From an uncultured bacterium (lineage in GTDB: Bacteria; Babelota; Babeliae; Babelales; Vermiphilaceae), in assembly GCA_963701085.1 (NCBI GenBank), contig OY969561.1, positions 160,001 to 224,000 on the forward strand: a DNA stretch of 64,000 nt, read 5' to 3'. Position 1 is the first letter of the stretch. Each line of letters begins with the position of its first letter. Positions 1 to 9,995 of this stretch are shown here, one piece after another. The notes under the pieces are model-generated. The model searched no databases and was not told the origin of the DNA. It saw nothing but the letters and a program-made list of their open reading frames with translations. The position numbers were made by a program, and so were the translations under genes.

Positions 1-172
1 GGAACGATTAGGGTGGAAACATCTTGTCATTTTTGAAGGTGTTGAATCATTATTGCAGTTCGAAAGTCCCGATCGCTATTGCACTGTTGTTATAAAAAAT
101 TCTGACATCTCATCATCAAGCACATGCATTTTTATCTATATAAAAAGAGCAAGCACGGATGCTTGCTCTTGA
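1..172 (+). CDS. 3' end of a hypothetical protein running in from the window edge
   Basis: Frame 2 is open from the window start (ERLGWKHLVIFEGVESLLQF...) to TGA at 170-172. Confidence 0.45.
   Translation, partial: ERLGWKHLVIFEGVESLLQFESPDRYCTVVIKNSDISSSSTCIFIYIKRASTDACS
142..170. terminator. Hairpin, probable terminator between convergent genes
   Basis: aagagcaagca-cgga-tgcttgctctt stem with an A-run (U-tract on the minus strand). Confidence 0.5.
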
Positions 173-204
173 TAGTGGGTTTAGGATGGAGAGTTATGAT
201 GAAT

Positions 205-564
205 TTATCTTTTGCGCAGTTGTTTTTGTAACACGCTTATTTCTTCTTTTAATGCCTCATTTTCATCCATACAGTCTTCAAGTTGTTGTTTTATTGAACG
301 ATGTTTTCGGCGTGCTTTGCGCGCTTGTTGTGTTTCATAATTATCATAATCGTATCTGCGACGACTACTTGCTACCATTGAACCAACTGCAAGTCCTCCT
401 AGAGCACCATAGGCCGCTCCTCTGCCGCCACCAGCGAGTCCGCCAATTGCAGCACCAGTTAGGACAGGGGTTGTGATATCTCTACCATAATCACAATGAG
501 TTGGGAGGTTAGCAAAGCCTAAGCAGCTGAAAAGAAAAAAAGTAACTTTTTTCATGTTTTTCAT
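205..564 (-). CDS. Small secreted protein with glycine-zipper-like segment and basic/coiled-coil tail
   Basis: Signal peptide; GAAIGGLAGGGRGAAYGALGGLAVG; RKARRKHR. Confidence 0.7.
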   Translation of the reverse strand: MKNMKKVTFFLFSCLGFANLPTHCDYGRDITTPVLTGAAIGGLAGGGRGAAYGALGGLAVGSMVASSRRRYDYDNYETQQARKARRKHRSIKQQLEDCMDENEALKEEISVLQKQLRKR

Positions 565-578
565 ATGTGTAGTTCCTT

Positions 579-878
579 TTATTCTCTATTTCTTGCTCGT
601 GCAGCACGTCTTTCTTCGCGTCGAGCTTCACGCTCGTTTCTTCTCTCTTCTCTTCTTTCTCTTCCACCAAATAATCCGCCAACAACACCAGTAGTAACAT
701 CAGCCGCACCTTCAACAGTACGTTCGGCCGCATAACCAGTATCTTCAACAACATCGCCTACATTGTAACCTGGTCTAATTCCGTGATGGTAAACACCAGC
801 TTCATCATACCAACCAGCAGATACAGCCGAAACAGTTGCTATAGCAACGAATAATGCGATTAGTTTTTTGTTCATCAT
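579..878 (-). CDS. Small secreted protein with Arg/Glu-rich tail
   Basis: Signal peptide ending VSA; RERREERRNEREARREERR tail; upstream GGAG. Confidence 0.75.
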   Translation of the reverse strand: MMNKKLIALFVAIATVSAVSAGWYDEAGVYHHGIRPGYNVGDVVEDTGYAAERTVEGAADVTTGVVGGLFGGRERREERRNEREARREERRAARARNRE

Positions 879-904
879 GAGTGGACTCCTTCAATTAATA
901 CGGT

Positions 905-1219
905 TTATGAATTCTTCAATCTTCGATCTTCTTTTTTTCTTTGAATCTTTTCTTGTTTCTCTTGATATTTTCTTTGAGATTCTCTTCTTTGGTCTTCTCT
1001 TTTTTGTTGAGCTTTTCTCTCTTTATCTTTTAATTCGCGAGACGCTTCTTTTCGCGCCTGCGTGTCTTGTGGCTCATCGGAAAATCTACCGAGAGTTGCG
1101 ACATCAAGAGCTTCTGTAACAATATCTTCATGCCAGTTGCCGTATTGGTCATAGTACGCAGATGCAACTGAGACACCTGCGAGGGCAATGAGAACAATAA
1201 GACTATTGATATTCTTCAT
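905..1219 (-). CDS. Small secreted protein with Lys/Arg/Glu/Gln-rich tail
   Basis: Signal peptide ending ASA; YYDQYGNWH resembles WYDEAGVYH of the neighbour; upstream AGGAG. Confidence 0.75.
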   Translation of the reverse strand: MKNINSLIVLIALAGVSVASAYYDQYGNWHEDIVTEALDVATLGRFSDEPQDTQARKEASRELKDKERKAQQKREDQRRESQRKYQEKQEKIQRKKEDRRLKNS

Positions 1220-1345
1220 GTACTATCTCCTTTATTTATAGAGTATTTTGTATTCTCTTTTATAATACAGATAGAAATATAACAATAGCAATAGTTTAAT
1301 TGTTTTTTTTTAAAAAAATATTAAATGAGCGATTGGATCGTCTTT

Positions 1346-2815
1346 TTACTCAGCAATTTTGTGGGCGATAAGATGCATTTTTCCTGCTCCAAGGAATAAA
1401 ATAAGGTCATTTTTGGCGGCAGATCGTTCTATTGCCTGTTTTATTTGCGTGAAATCATCTTCAAATGGGACATATTGAATAATAAAGGGGGGGTTGAGGG
1501 CTGTCAGTTCTTGTACAAACCGTTCGCTGGTGATTGTTGGGATGGGATACTCTCCGGCGGAGTAAATATCGGTAAAAATGAGGGTGTCGATAGCGCTTGT
1601 GGCAAAGGTGGTGAGAAAATCATTCCATAATTTTTGGGTACGAGTGTAGCGGTGTGGCTGAAATACCACGATGAGTTTATTATGTGCTCGTTTACGAGCG
1701 ACCTTCAGTGTATATTCAATTTCTTTTGGATGATGACCATAGTCATCAAAGATTTCAGCGCCTTTGTAGGTGCCATGGAATGAAAATCGTCGCTCAACAC
1801 CACCAAAAGTGGCTAAGCTCTTTGCAATTATTTCAAAAGAGATTTCAAGTTCTTGCGCAAGTGCAATTGCTGCTAATGCATTATAAACGTTATGCAAGCC
1901 GGGCATTGGTAGCATGATAGTGCCAAGCGGGGTGAGATTATTTTTTGTGTGTACGGTAAACAGTGAGTGATCAGCGTTGAGAATGATATCCTGTGCATAA
2001 AAATCTGCGTGCCTGTCCGCCCCTTCGACGGAGCTCAGGATAAACTCCGCTTTAGCGAAGGAGGATTCTATGCCGTATGATATTGTTTTAACATGGTCAA
2101 GGGGCATGAGCGAGCGTATGTTTTCGTCATCAATACATACAATTGCTTTGCCATCAACAGGAAGATTGTTAAGGAATTGTTTAAAACATTGTTTGATATC
2201 ATCTAAGTCAGTGTATGTTTCCAGGTGTTCCAAATCAATATTGGTGATGACTGCAAGCGTTGCATGTAGTTGTAAAAAAGAGCGATCACTTTCATCAGCT
2301 TCAGCGACCAAAAAATCACCTTTGCCCATGCGAGCGTTAGATGAAAGATTTTTTAATTGTCCGCCAATGACAACAGTCGGATCCATTTTTGCTTCAATTA
2401 AGATGTGGGAGATGAGAGAGGTTGTTGTTGTTTTTCCATGCGATCCAGCAATTGCTATGCTATATTTTGTGCGCATAAGTTCCGCGAGCATGCATGCGCG
2501 GGAAATTGTTGGAATGCCACGCGCTTGAGCTTGTGCAATTTCCGCCGTTACTGCCGGAATTGTGGTGGCATACATGGGGATGTAGACAAGGGTATCAATG
2601 GTTGCATCATTACACTCAATTGAGTTGTTGCCTTTATATACCGTGCAATCGAGACTTCTCAGCTGCGCAACGGTATCCTGCTCAGTATCAGGATCACATC
2701 CAGAAATGGTGTAACCACTTTGCTTTAAGATGGTGGCTATACCACTCATTCCTATTCCGCCAATACCAACAAAATGAATGTGTGATTTTTTTGTATACAT
2801 AGAAGTGCTTTGCAT
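1346..2815 (-). CDS. murC: UDP-N-acetylmuramate--L-alanine ligase, with a repeat-derived insertion
   Basis: HIHFVGIGGIGMSG, GSHGKTTT, EADESD, DDYGHHP, FQPHRYTRT. Confidence 0.97.
   Translation of the reverse strand: MQSTSMYTKKSHIHFVGIGGIGMSGIATILKQSGYTISGCDPDTEQDTVAQLRSLDCTVYKGNNSIECNDATIDTLVYIPMYATTIPAVTAEIAQAQARGIPTISRACMLAELMRTKYSIAIAGSHGKTTTTSLISHILIEAKMDPTVVIGGQLKNLSSNARMGKGDFLVAEADESDRSFLQLHATLAVITNIDLEHLETYTDLDDIKQCFKQFLNNLPVDGKAIVCIDDENIRSLMPLDHVKTISYGIESSFAKAEFILSSVEGADRHADFYAQDIILNADHSLFTVHTKNNLTPLGTIMLPMPGLHNVYNALAAIALAQELEISFEIIAKSLATFGGVERRFSFHGTYKGAEIFDDYGHHPKEIEYTLKVARKRAHNKLIVVFQPHRYTRTQKLWNDFLTTFATSAIDTLIFTDIYSAGEYPIPTITSERFVQELTALNPPFIIQYVPFEDDFTQIKQAIERSAAKNDLILFLGAGKMHLIAHKIAE
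2011..2065. repeat. Composite hairpin repeat inserted in frame in murC
   Basis: gcctgtccgc[cccttcgacggagctcaggataaactccgc]tttagcgaaggagga; inner part resembles a palindrome arm, outer part resembles 59624-59653. Confidence 0.75.
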
Positions 2816-2888
2816 CTAAAATATGTTAATCTATTCATTAATTTATATGTTTTTAAAAACACTGCAACGTGAGATGGAGATGCTATTT

Positions 2889-3437
2889 ATGAAAAAATAT
2901 AGTGGAGTATTGTTATTGTTTATTGTTCAAAATATTTATGCAATGGAATTGGATCCCTTTGATAGATGTATCGAATATGATGGTAAATGTCAGTTAGTTG
3001 CCAAGTATTTGTATAAATATCCCAAAGGAAAAAATAAGAACGAAGCATGGCAAATTGAACGTTTTTTGGAAGATACGATATCAGAATGTGTAACTATTTT
3101 GCCATGGCAGGTCAAAAAATATAAAAATATTTTAGCAACTAAGGACGCCGAAGAATATTTGCATGCTATCTATAAAGAGGAACTTTCACAGGATTTAAGG
3201 CAGAAGATTTTTACACAAGCATTATCTTATTCGGCCGAAGACTATTATGCTACTCATAATAGTCTTCAATTTTTAGAGAAATGCCAACCATGGGGTCTTC
3301 CACGTTATAATTCTTCTGCCATAAAAAATTTTTACAAACCATATTTTTTGGCTGAGATACATGAAGAAGATGTTTGTATGCATTTTTCCGGTTTAGATGA
3401 TAATGTGCCAAAGAGTACAAGACTTCAACACAGTTAA
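2889..3437 (+). CDS. Secreted hypothetical protein (signal peptide + Met); may be continuous with the next ORF across a frameshift
   Basis: MKKYSGVLLLFIVQNIYA-MELD; upstream GGAG. Confidence 0.65.
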   Translation: MKKYSGVLLLFIVQNIYAMELDPFDRCIEYDGKCQLVAKYLYKYPKGKNKNEAWQIERFLEDTISECVTILPWQVKKYKNILATKDAEEYLHAIYKEELSQDLRQKIFTQALSYSAEDYYATHNSLQFLEKCQPWGLPRYNSSAIKNFYKPYFLAEIHEEDVCMHFSGLDDNVPKSTRLQHS

Positions 3438-3708
3438 ACTTGTTAATACTGCAGGACAGCTTGTTAACAGATGCTCGGTTGGTTATGACTGTGAGATGAA
3501 ATTAATAAGAAAATTAATTTCTTTTTTGGATAAAAAAGATGAAAGAGTAAATAAGTTTAAAATAATGTTTAATCATTACATTGAACAACTTTCTCAGATA
3601 AATGAGGAAGAAAATGGTGTTAACATGTTTACTTTCCTTCTCAGCCAGTTTAAAGATTTAACAAAGCATATTGTATATCTTTATACAGGAAGAGATCGAT
3701 TAACATAA
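3397..3708 (+). CDS. Hypothetical protein, or frameshifted C-terminus of the previous ORF
   Basis: Overlapping same-strand ORF that fills the gap to the MerR gene. Confidence 0.45.
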   Translation: MIMCQRVQDFNTVKLVNTAGQLVNRCSVGYDCEMKLIRKLISFLDKKDERVNKFKIMFNHYIEQLSQINEEENGVNMFTFLLSQFKDLTKHIVYLYTGRDRLT

Positions 3709-3711
3709 AAA

Positions 3712-4104
3712 TTACAGCATCTCTCGTAATTTACGCAATTTATCCTTTAGATCGATAATTTGCTGCGAGAGGTGTTCAATTTTATCATGTTCAAGAGTAT
3801 TGATGATTGTTTTTTTGGGTTCATCCATGGTTGTTTTTTGTGAAGCAATGATAGATTCACCTTTTGCTGATATCTTTTCTCTCAGTTTCTTTTTTGCTCC
3901 GGAAATGGTGAAGCCTTCTTCGTAAAGAAGTCGTTTGATTAATTCAAATCTTTTAAGATCATTTTCGTCATAGAAGCGTTGGCTGCCTTGAGAGCGCTTT
4001 GTTTTTATACTAAATTCTTTTTCCCAAAAACGTACAACGAAGCGTTCAACTTCAAGTTTAGTTGCGAGTTCACCAATGCGGAATTTTCTTTTTTGCATTT
4101 TCAT
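3712..4104 (-). CDS. MerR-family HTH transcriptional regulator
   Basis: FRIGELA...VVRFWEKEF...QRFYDENDL...LLYEEGFTISGAK. Confidence 0.9.
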   Translation of the reverse strand: MKMQKRKFRIGELATKLEVERFVVRFWEKEFSIKTKRSQGSQRFYDENDLKRFELIKRLLYEEGFTISGAKKKLREKISAKGESIIASQKTTMDEPKKTIINTLEHDKIEHLSQQIIDLKDKLRKLREML

Positions 4105-4224
4105 AATAAATCTTCCTTTTTTTATTTTTTCATAGCTTTTAAGTTGTGGAGTGCGCTAGATGAAAGATCTTTTTCATGGTATCATTAATGTGATAAATTA
4201 GTCAATTTTTATGAAGGTGCCGGT

Positions 4225-5763
4225 ATGAATGTTAAAGACTTGGTTTTGCCAATTGGTTTGGCGATTGTTAGTGTGTTTGCGTTGAATTATTTTTTTCCTG
4301 GTAGCACGTCAAAAGAAGGTGTTGAATCAACGTTTATTGCTCCGCGTGAAAAGAAAGAGTATAAGCCGCTCAATGTAGAAGTTGATTTTTATGATCAAAA
4401 GCGCACTGCTCAGCCGCGCATAACAGATTGTGAAACAGATTGGGCATATATAAGTTTTTCAACTGATGGCGCATCTCTTGAAAGTATAGATTTTAAAAGA
4501 GAATCTAATGGTCATATTAAAACTATTCGTACTATTTTTCCGGTAGCAGATACAGAACGAGAAAATAGATGTCTTTTGGTGGCATTACAGAATGCAACAC
4601 CGTTTTTTTACACCCTATTATCATCAGAAGAAAATGATACTAGTTATGAGTTGATTTATGTTGGAAGTAATGATGAATGTGTGGTGCAAAAAAGGTTCGA
4701 TATTGATAAACATAGACCAAAAATTGATTTATCAATTGAAGTTGCGCCAAAAAATGGTAATAATTCTCACATAGAACCACGCGTTTTCTTTCCCGCACCT
4801 CTCATGCCAGATCTTAAAGAAACAGATGTTATTTCATCAATTGTGATTGATCAGGCTGATCTGTTTGCAAAGAAGCAAGTATCTCAACTTGATGTTCATC
4901 GTGGATGGTTTAATCCGGCGTTATTTGGTGCTGACAATCGTTATTTTATTCATTCATTGATTAATGATGAAAATCATTTTGCTCAACGAGCATATTACAA
5001 GCTTGAAGAGAGAACACATTTATTTTCAATTCTTGAAGGCCCAACGGTTACTGAAAAAACGTCATGGATGTTGTCTTTCTATTTTGGACCTAAGGAACTC
5101 AGTGCATTGGCGGCGGTTGATACACGTTTAGAAAAAACATTGGATTATTCTGGCATGCTTTCATCGCTTGCTAAATTGATGCTCTATCTTTTGAACTGGC
5201 TTTATAAATTCTTCCACAATTATGGTTTAGCGATCATCGCGCTGACATTGCTGATTCAGGTTTGTTTATTGCCGGTTTCTTTGCGCAATAATGAAGAAAA
5301 ATTTAAAAAACAGCAGCAGGAATATCAAAGACAGTTGGCGTTAATTGAACAACGTTTTGCGGGACAACCAGAAAAACTGCTTGCAGAGCGTACTGAATTG
5401 ATTCGGAAAAATGGGTTGCCGGGTATTGGTTGTTTGCTGCCACTATTGATTCAGTTGCCAATTTTTTTTGCATTAAGTCGCGTGCTTTCCAGTTCATTTG
5501 AGTTGTATCAGGCGCCAATGTTATGGATTTCTGATCTTTCTTTGCGTGATCCATATTTTATACTTCCTGTGTTGGTTACGCTTATGATGCTCATGCAAGA
5601 TATGAAAGGTGATGCTCAACAACGTATGAGTAAAATTGCAATGGCATTTGTGTTTGGTGCGATTACATCAAGTTTTGCAGCAGGGCTTACGCTTTATATT
5701 CTTATGGGTAGAGTTTTTGGTTTTATTCAAGCAAAAATTATGACTTATTTTAAATTGGTATAA
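4225..5763 (+). CDS. yidC: Membrane protein insertase YidC
   Basis: YFGPK, NYGLAIIALT, GCLLPLLIQLPIF, WISDLSLRDPYFILP. Confidence 0.93.
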   Translation: MNVKDLVLPIGLAIVSVFALNYFFPGSTSKEGVESTFIAPREKKEYKPLNVEVDFYDQKRTAQPRITDCETDWAYISFSTDGASLESIDFKRESNGHIKTIRTIFPVADTERENRCLLVALQNATPFFYTLLSSEENDTSYELIYVGSNDECVVQKRFDIDKHRPKIDLSIEVAPKNGNNSHIEPRVFFPAPLMPDLKETDVISSIVIDQADLFAKKQVSQLDVHRGWFNPALFGADNRYFIHSLINDENHFAQRAYYKLEERTHLFSILEGPTVTEKTSWMLSFYFGPKELSALAAVDTRLEKTLDYSGMLSSLAKLMLYLLNWLYKFFHNYGLAIIALTLLIQVCLLPVSLRNNEEKFKKQQQEYQRQLALIEQRFAGQPEKLLAERTELIRKNGLPGIGCLLPLLIQLPIFFALSRVLSSSFELYQAPMLWISDLSLRDPYFILPVLVTLMMLMQDMKGDAQQRMSKIAMAFVFGAITSSFAAGLTLYILMGRVFGFIQAKIMTYFKLV

Positions 5764-5765
5764 GT

Positions 5766-6368
5766 ATGTTAGAAGAGTTGCCGACGCTTGCGCATTTGTT
5801 AAAAGTATTGCAGCAGGTTCCTTATCTTGCTTCAAAGAATTTGTATCGTGTAGCAGCACATTTTTTGGAAATGCAGCCACAGCAAATAGCGCAGTTTTGT
5901 GCAGCCTTAGAAGTTGCAAAACAAAGGCTTAAAAAGTGCGAAAGCTGTTTTTATTGGCAAGAGGTATCTACACCTTGTATATTTTGTTCATCATCAAAAC
6001 GTGATCAAACAATGGTGTGTGTTGTTGAGACGTGGCAAGAAATACTTGCGATAGAAAAAACACGTGGATATCTTGGCGTATACCATGTACTTGGTGGTTC
6101 AATCTCTCCGCTTGAAGGTGTTAGCGCTGACGATTTGACGATTGATCAACTGTTGGTGCGTGCTGAAAATGGGATTGTAAAAGAGTTAATTTTGGCGACC
6201 AATCAGACTCCTGAGGGTGAGGCGACTGCTACGTATATTGCGCGTAAATTAAAGGGTAAAAATATTATTATTTCTTGTTTAGCGCGCGGATTGCCGGTTG
6301 GTTCATCACTTGAAGGTATGGACCGCTTAACCGTATTTAAAGCCTTATCAGAGCGGCGTCCATTTTAA
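5766..6368 (+). CDS. recR: Recombination mediator RecR
   Basis: C4 zinc finger, YHVLGGSISPLEG, ATNQTPEGEATA, LARGLPVG. Confidence 0.95.
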   Translation: MLEELPTLAHLLKVLQQVPYLASKNLYRVAAHFLEMQPQQIAQFCAALEVAKQRLKKCESCFYWQEVSTPCIFCSSSKRDQTMVCVVETWQEILAIEKTRGYLGVYHVLGGSISPLEGVSADDLTIDQLLVRAENGIVKELILATNQTPEGEATATYIARKLKGKNIIISCLARGLPVGSSLEGMDRLTVFKALSERRPF

Positions 6369-6387
6369 TAATAAAATTTTTAAAGGT

Positions 6388-7791
6388 ATGTTTATGAAAT
6401 CAGATTTTTTTGGTGGCTTAGCGCCACGCACGGAGCAGCTTTCTGTTTATTCGTTACGAAGAAAAGAGCTTGTTGAATCAATTAAATTAGCGTTTCCGCA
6501 AATTTCGCACGGTATGGTTGTGTTGTTTGCAGCCTTTGAACAAGGTAGTGAGCGGTTTAGACAAGATAAAACATTTTTTTATTATACCGGTGTGAATGAG
6601 CCGGGAACGGCATTGGTGATTGATTTGGCGGGAAAATCAACATTGTATATTCCTAATTGTTTTGAGAAACGCGCGCAATGGATGACGTTGCCAGCAGCTT
6701 TGGTTAACCGTGATGCAAAGGCGCTTGGTGTTGATGCGGTTGAATTGCTGGGTGATGAGTGTGAAACATATGAATTAAATCCCTATTTCTCTGAACATGA
6801 ATATGCGCACATGATTGCACGTATGAAAAATGTTATTGCACGCGGCGGGTCACTGTTTTCAACGGCGCCAAATAATGGCCATGAATATGTAAACACTCGT
6901 TTTACGTTTGATCATTTACAAAAATTTATTTCTGACGTACAGAAGTCTATTGTGGATATTTCATCGATTATAGCGAGTAGCAGGCGACGCAAAGATGTTG
7001 GTGAAATAGAACATGTTTATCGTGCGATAGAGATTACTGAGCTTGCACATGAGTCGGCAGTTCAGGCTATTAAGCATGAGGCTTTGGAGGCGGAAGTCCA
7101 GGCTTCTTTAGAGTATATGATGATAGCATCTCATGCGCGACCAGCATTTCCAAGTATTGTAGCCAGTGGTAAAAATGGTACGGTGCTGCATTATAATCAA
7201 AATAGTGGCACGCTCAAAAATGGTGATCTTTTGGTTGTTGATATTGGGGCTGAGTTTAATAATTATTGTGCCGATTTGACGCGCACTTACCCAGTATCAG
7301 GGGCGTTTACCAAACGCCAGAAGGAATTGTACAACATTGTTCTTGAAACTCAAACTTACATTGCATCGCTTGCAAAACCTGGCATCTGGCTTAAAAATAA
7401 AGATAAAGCTGAACAATCTCTTCATCATTTAGCGGTTAAATTTCTAGCCAAGCGTGGCTATGACAAATATTTTCCGCATGGAATTGGACATTTTCTTGGC
7501 CTTGATGTGCATGATGTTGGTGATTATTCTCTCCCTCTTCAAGAAGGAGATGTTATTACGATTGAGCCAGGGATTTATATTGCTGCAGAAAATATTGGAA
7601 TTCGTATTGAAGACAATTACTGGATTACCAAAGAAGGTGCTATTTGTTTGAGTGAGCATCTGCCTAAAGAAGCAGATGATATTGAGGCTGTTGTGCAGCA
7701 AGCTCTCCGTGGTGAAACTGATGATGAAGATGATGACGAGTATGAAGATGATGAAGATTTTGATGACGAAGAAGATGATGTGTTTAATTAA
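6388..7791 (+). CDS. pepP: Xaa-Pro aminopeptidase (M24B) with acidic tail
   Basis: LHYN, DIGAE, ADLTRT, HGIGHFLGLDVHD, TIEPGIY, GIRIED. Confidence 0.9.
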   Translation: MFMKSDFFGGLAPRTEQLSVYSLRRKELVESIKLAFPQISHGMVVLFAAFEQGSERFRQDKTFFYYTGVNEPGTALVIDLAGKSTLYIPNCFEKRAQWMTLPAALVNRDAKALGVDAVELLGDECETYELNPYFSEHEYAHMIARMKNVIARGGSLFSTAPNNGHEYVNTRFTFDHLQKFISDVQKSIVDISSIIASSRRRKDVGEIEHVYRAIEITELAHESAVQAIKHEALEAEVQASLEYMMIASHARPAFPSIVASGKNGTVLHYNQNSGTLKNGDLLVVDIGAEFNNYCADLTRTYPVSGAFTKRQKELYNIVLETQTYIASLAKPGIWLKNKDKAEQSLHHLAVKFLAKRGYDKYFPHGIGHFLGLDVHDVGDYSLPLQEGDVITIEPGIYIAAENIGIRIEDNYWITKEGAICLSEHLPKEADDIEAVVQQALRGETDDEDDDEYEDDEDFDDEEDDVFN

Positions 7792-7806
7792 AGATTAGGA
7801 CGTCCT

Positions 7807-9369
7807 ATGCAGTTAACATGGCTTTCTTTATTACCCCCGCTGGTTGTTGTTGGCGCAGTATGCATTACGCATCACCTGAATCTTTCGCTCGCAATGGGCA
7901 TTCTTTGTGCCTCATTGATTGTAACTCAGGGTCAGTTGTTACCCGCATTAATGATGTGTGGGCAGAAGTTTGTGAACCATGTTTCTGATAGTGATTATAT
8001 TTATTTATATCTTTTGCTTATCACCATCAGCTCACTGATCACGTTGCTTACGGTGACGGGTAGTGCCGCTGGTTGTGCGAGCATTATTGGTAAAAAAATT
8101 CGCACAAAGCGGAGTGTGGAAATGTCAGCAATTATGCTTTCGTTCTTGCTGAGTATTGATGATTATTTAAGTATTTTGACCGTTGGTTTTGTGATGCGGC
8201 CCATCGCGGATAGACTTGCGGTAGCGCGAACAAAGCTTGCATATATTGTGCGTTCATTAGCAGGGCCTTTGGTAATCATTATGCCCATATCAACATGGGC
8301 GGCAGCAGTGCTTGCGCAGCTTGATAATGCAGGAATTCATTTAAACGCGCCGAATAAAATTGTAGCAGATCCGTTTTATGTGTATCTCAAAACGATTCCA
8401 TTTACCTTTTATTCAGTGCTTGTTGTGTTTTCAGTGTGGTTTGTGGTGACAACACGCATTGGGTATGGTTTAATTGCGCGCGATGAGCACAAGGCTGTTG
8501 CCGTTGAGGATGCATCGCACGGTGAATTGGTCACAGGTAATAATCAGCACTCACTTATAGAGTTGTTGATGCCCATTGCTATTCTGATTGGTGGTGTATT
8601 TATTGGCATATTATATGTTGGTAAGTACCATCTTTTTGGTGGTAACAATTCCTTTTTTCAGGCATTTAGGGAAAATGATAAAACGTTTTTAATTTTGTTC
8701 TTATCAGGGTTATGCGCGTTTAGCGCAAGCTTATTCCTTTCACTTTACAAGAAAATGGTTGCTGTTCTGCAGGTGCCTGCAATAGTATGGGAAGGGGTAC
8801 GGTTGATGCAGTCTTCCATTATTATGGTTATGTGCGCGTCTATTCTGGGTAACTTTTTACGACTTAATTTGTATACCGGTGATTATGTTGCCTATTTGTT
8901 GTTTGGCACAGCACCATTGTATTTGATTCCGGTACTTTTATTTGTCACTTCATTAACGATAACATTAACAACCGGATCTGCATGGGGAACTTTTTCAATA
9001 TTGATTCCTATTACGACGCAGATGCTCATTTCATTTTTACAGCTTGAAGCGCCGGTGATGCTTGATCAGATGCCTATTTTGTTTCCGGCATTAGGGGCAG
9101 TCCTTTCGGGAGCGGTATGCGGAAATCATATTTCTCCTTTTTCAGAAACAACCGTGATGACGGCAACAAGTACCGGAATAGCGCCATTGGACCATGCGCG
9201 AACTCAGTTTGGGTATGTGGTGCCGGTGGTCGTTGGTTCCTTTGTGGCGTTTATTGTGGCAGGGTTGATGATTGACAACGGGTTATTAGTGAGTTTCTGT
9301 GTTTCAATTGGTGCTGGTATTGGTGTAAATGTCCTGTTATTATGGGCAGGGAATAAGTTTTTCAAATAA
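7807..9369 (+). CDS. NhaC-family Na+/H+ antiporter-like transporter
   Basis: WLSLLPPL, IDDY, TGSAWGTF, GAVCGNHISP, HARTQ. Confidence 0.85.
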   Translation: MQLTWLSLLPPLVVVGAVCITHHLNLSLAMGILCASLIVTQGQLLPALMMCGQKFVNHVSDSDYIYLYLLLITISSLITLLTVTGSAAGCASIIGKKIRTKRSVEMSAIMLSFLLSIDDYLSILTVGFVMRPIADRLAVARTKLAYIVRSLAGPLVIIMPISTWAAAVLAQLDNAGIHLNAPNKIVADPFYVYLKTIPFTFYSVLVVFSVWFVVTTRIGYGLIARDEHKAVAVEDASHGELVTGNNQHSLIELLMPIAILIGGVFIGILYVGKYHLFGGNNSFFQAFRENDKTFLILFLSGLCAFSASLFLSLYKKMVAVLQVPAIVWEGVRLMQSSIIMVMCASILGNFLRLNLYTGDYVAYLLFGTAPLYLIPVLLFVTSLTITLTTGSAWGTFSILIPITTQMLISFLQLEAPVMLDQMPILFPALGAVLSGAVCGNHISPFSETTVMTATSTGIAPLDHARTQFGYVVPVVVGSFVAFIVAGLMIDNGLLVSFCVSIGAGIGVNVLLLWAGNKFFK

Positions 9370-9419
9370 GTGGTATGTTTTTAATCGTGGTAAAAACAAG
9401 GTTAAATAGCGTATTTTTA

Positions 9420-9448
9420 TTGACCGTATTATAAATATTAGCTACTTT
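9420..9448 (+). promoter_or_regulatory. Candidate sigma70 promoter for rplM
   Basis: TTGACC-17 bp-TACTTT. Confidence 0.4.
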
Positions 9449-9515
9449 AGAACAAAGAGCCCCACTCTTAAAAAATTGATTACAATAATACTGTTTCACA
9501 TAAAGGTGATGATTT

Positions 9516-9974
9516 ATGAGTATGAATAAAGCGTTTTATCCACGCAAAGAAGATGTAGCAGCTGGATGGTGTCATATTGACGCTAATGGTAAAGTACTAG
9601 GTCGTTTGGCTACGTTTGTTGCTGATAGATTGCGCGGCAAAGATAAGCCACACTATACACCTCATACTGATTGTGGTGATTATGTTGTGATTACTAATGC
9701 TGAAAAAATCTTCCTTTCTGGCGACAAGTGGGAAGGTAAAGAGTATGTTACGGTATCTGGTTGGCAGGGTGGAAAGAAAGAAGTTTCTGCTAAAGATTTG
9801 CACAAAAAACACCCAACACATCTTATTGAGTTGGCTGTTAAGCGTATGTTACCTAAAAACAAGCTCAGCAGACAAATCATTAAAAAGTTAAAAATATATG
9901 CTGGATCAGAACATCCTCATGTTGCACAAAGCCCAACAGTAGTTGAATTAGAAATTCAAACACCGCGTGGCTAA
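9516..9974 (+). CDS. rplM: 50S ribosomal protein L13
   Basis: LGRLA, YTPHTDCGDYVV, MLPKN, YAGSEHPH. Confidence 0.98.
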   Translation: MSMNKAFYPRKEDVAAGWCHIDANGKVLGRLATFVADRLRGKDKPHYTPHTDCGDYVVITNAEKIFLSGDKWEGKEYVTVSGWQGGKKEVSAKDLHKKHPTHLIELAVKRMLPKNKLSRQIIKKLKIYAGSEHPHVAQSPTVVELEIQTPRG

Positions 9975-9995
9975 GCAATAGTAAATAGTTATATC

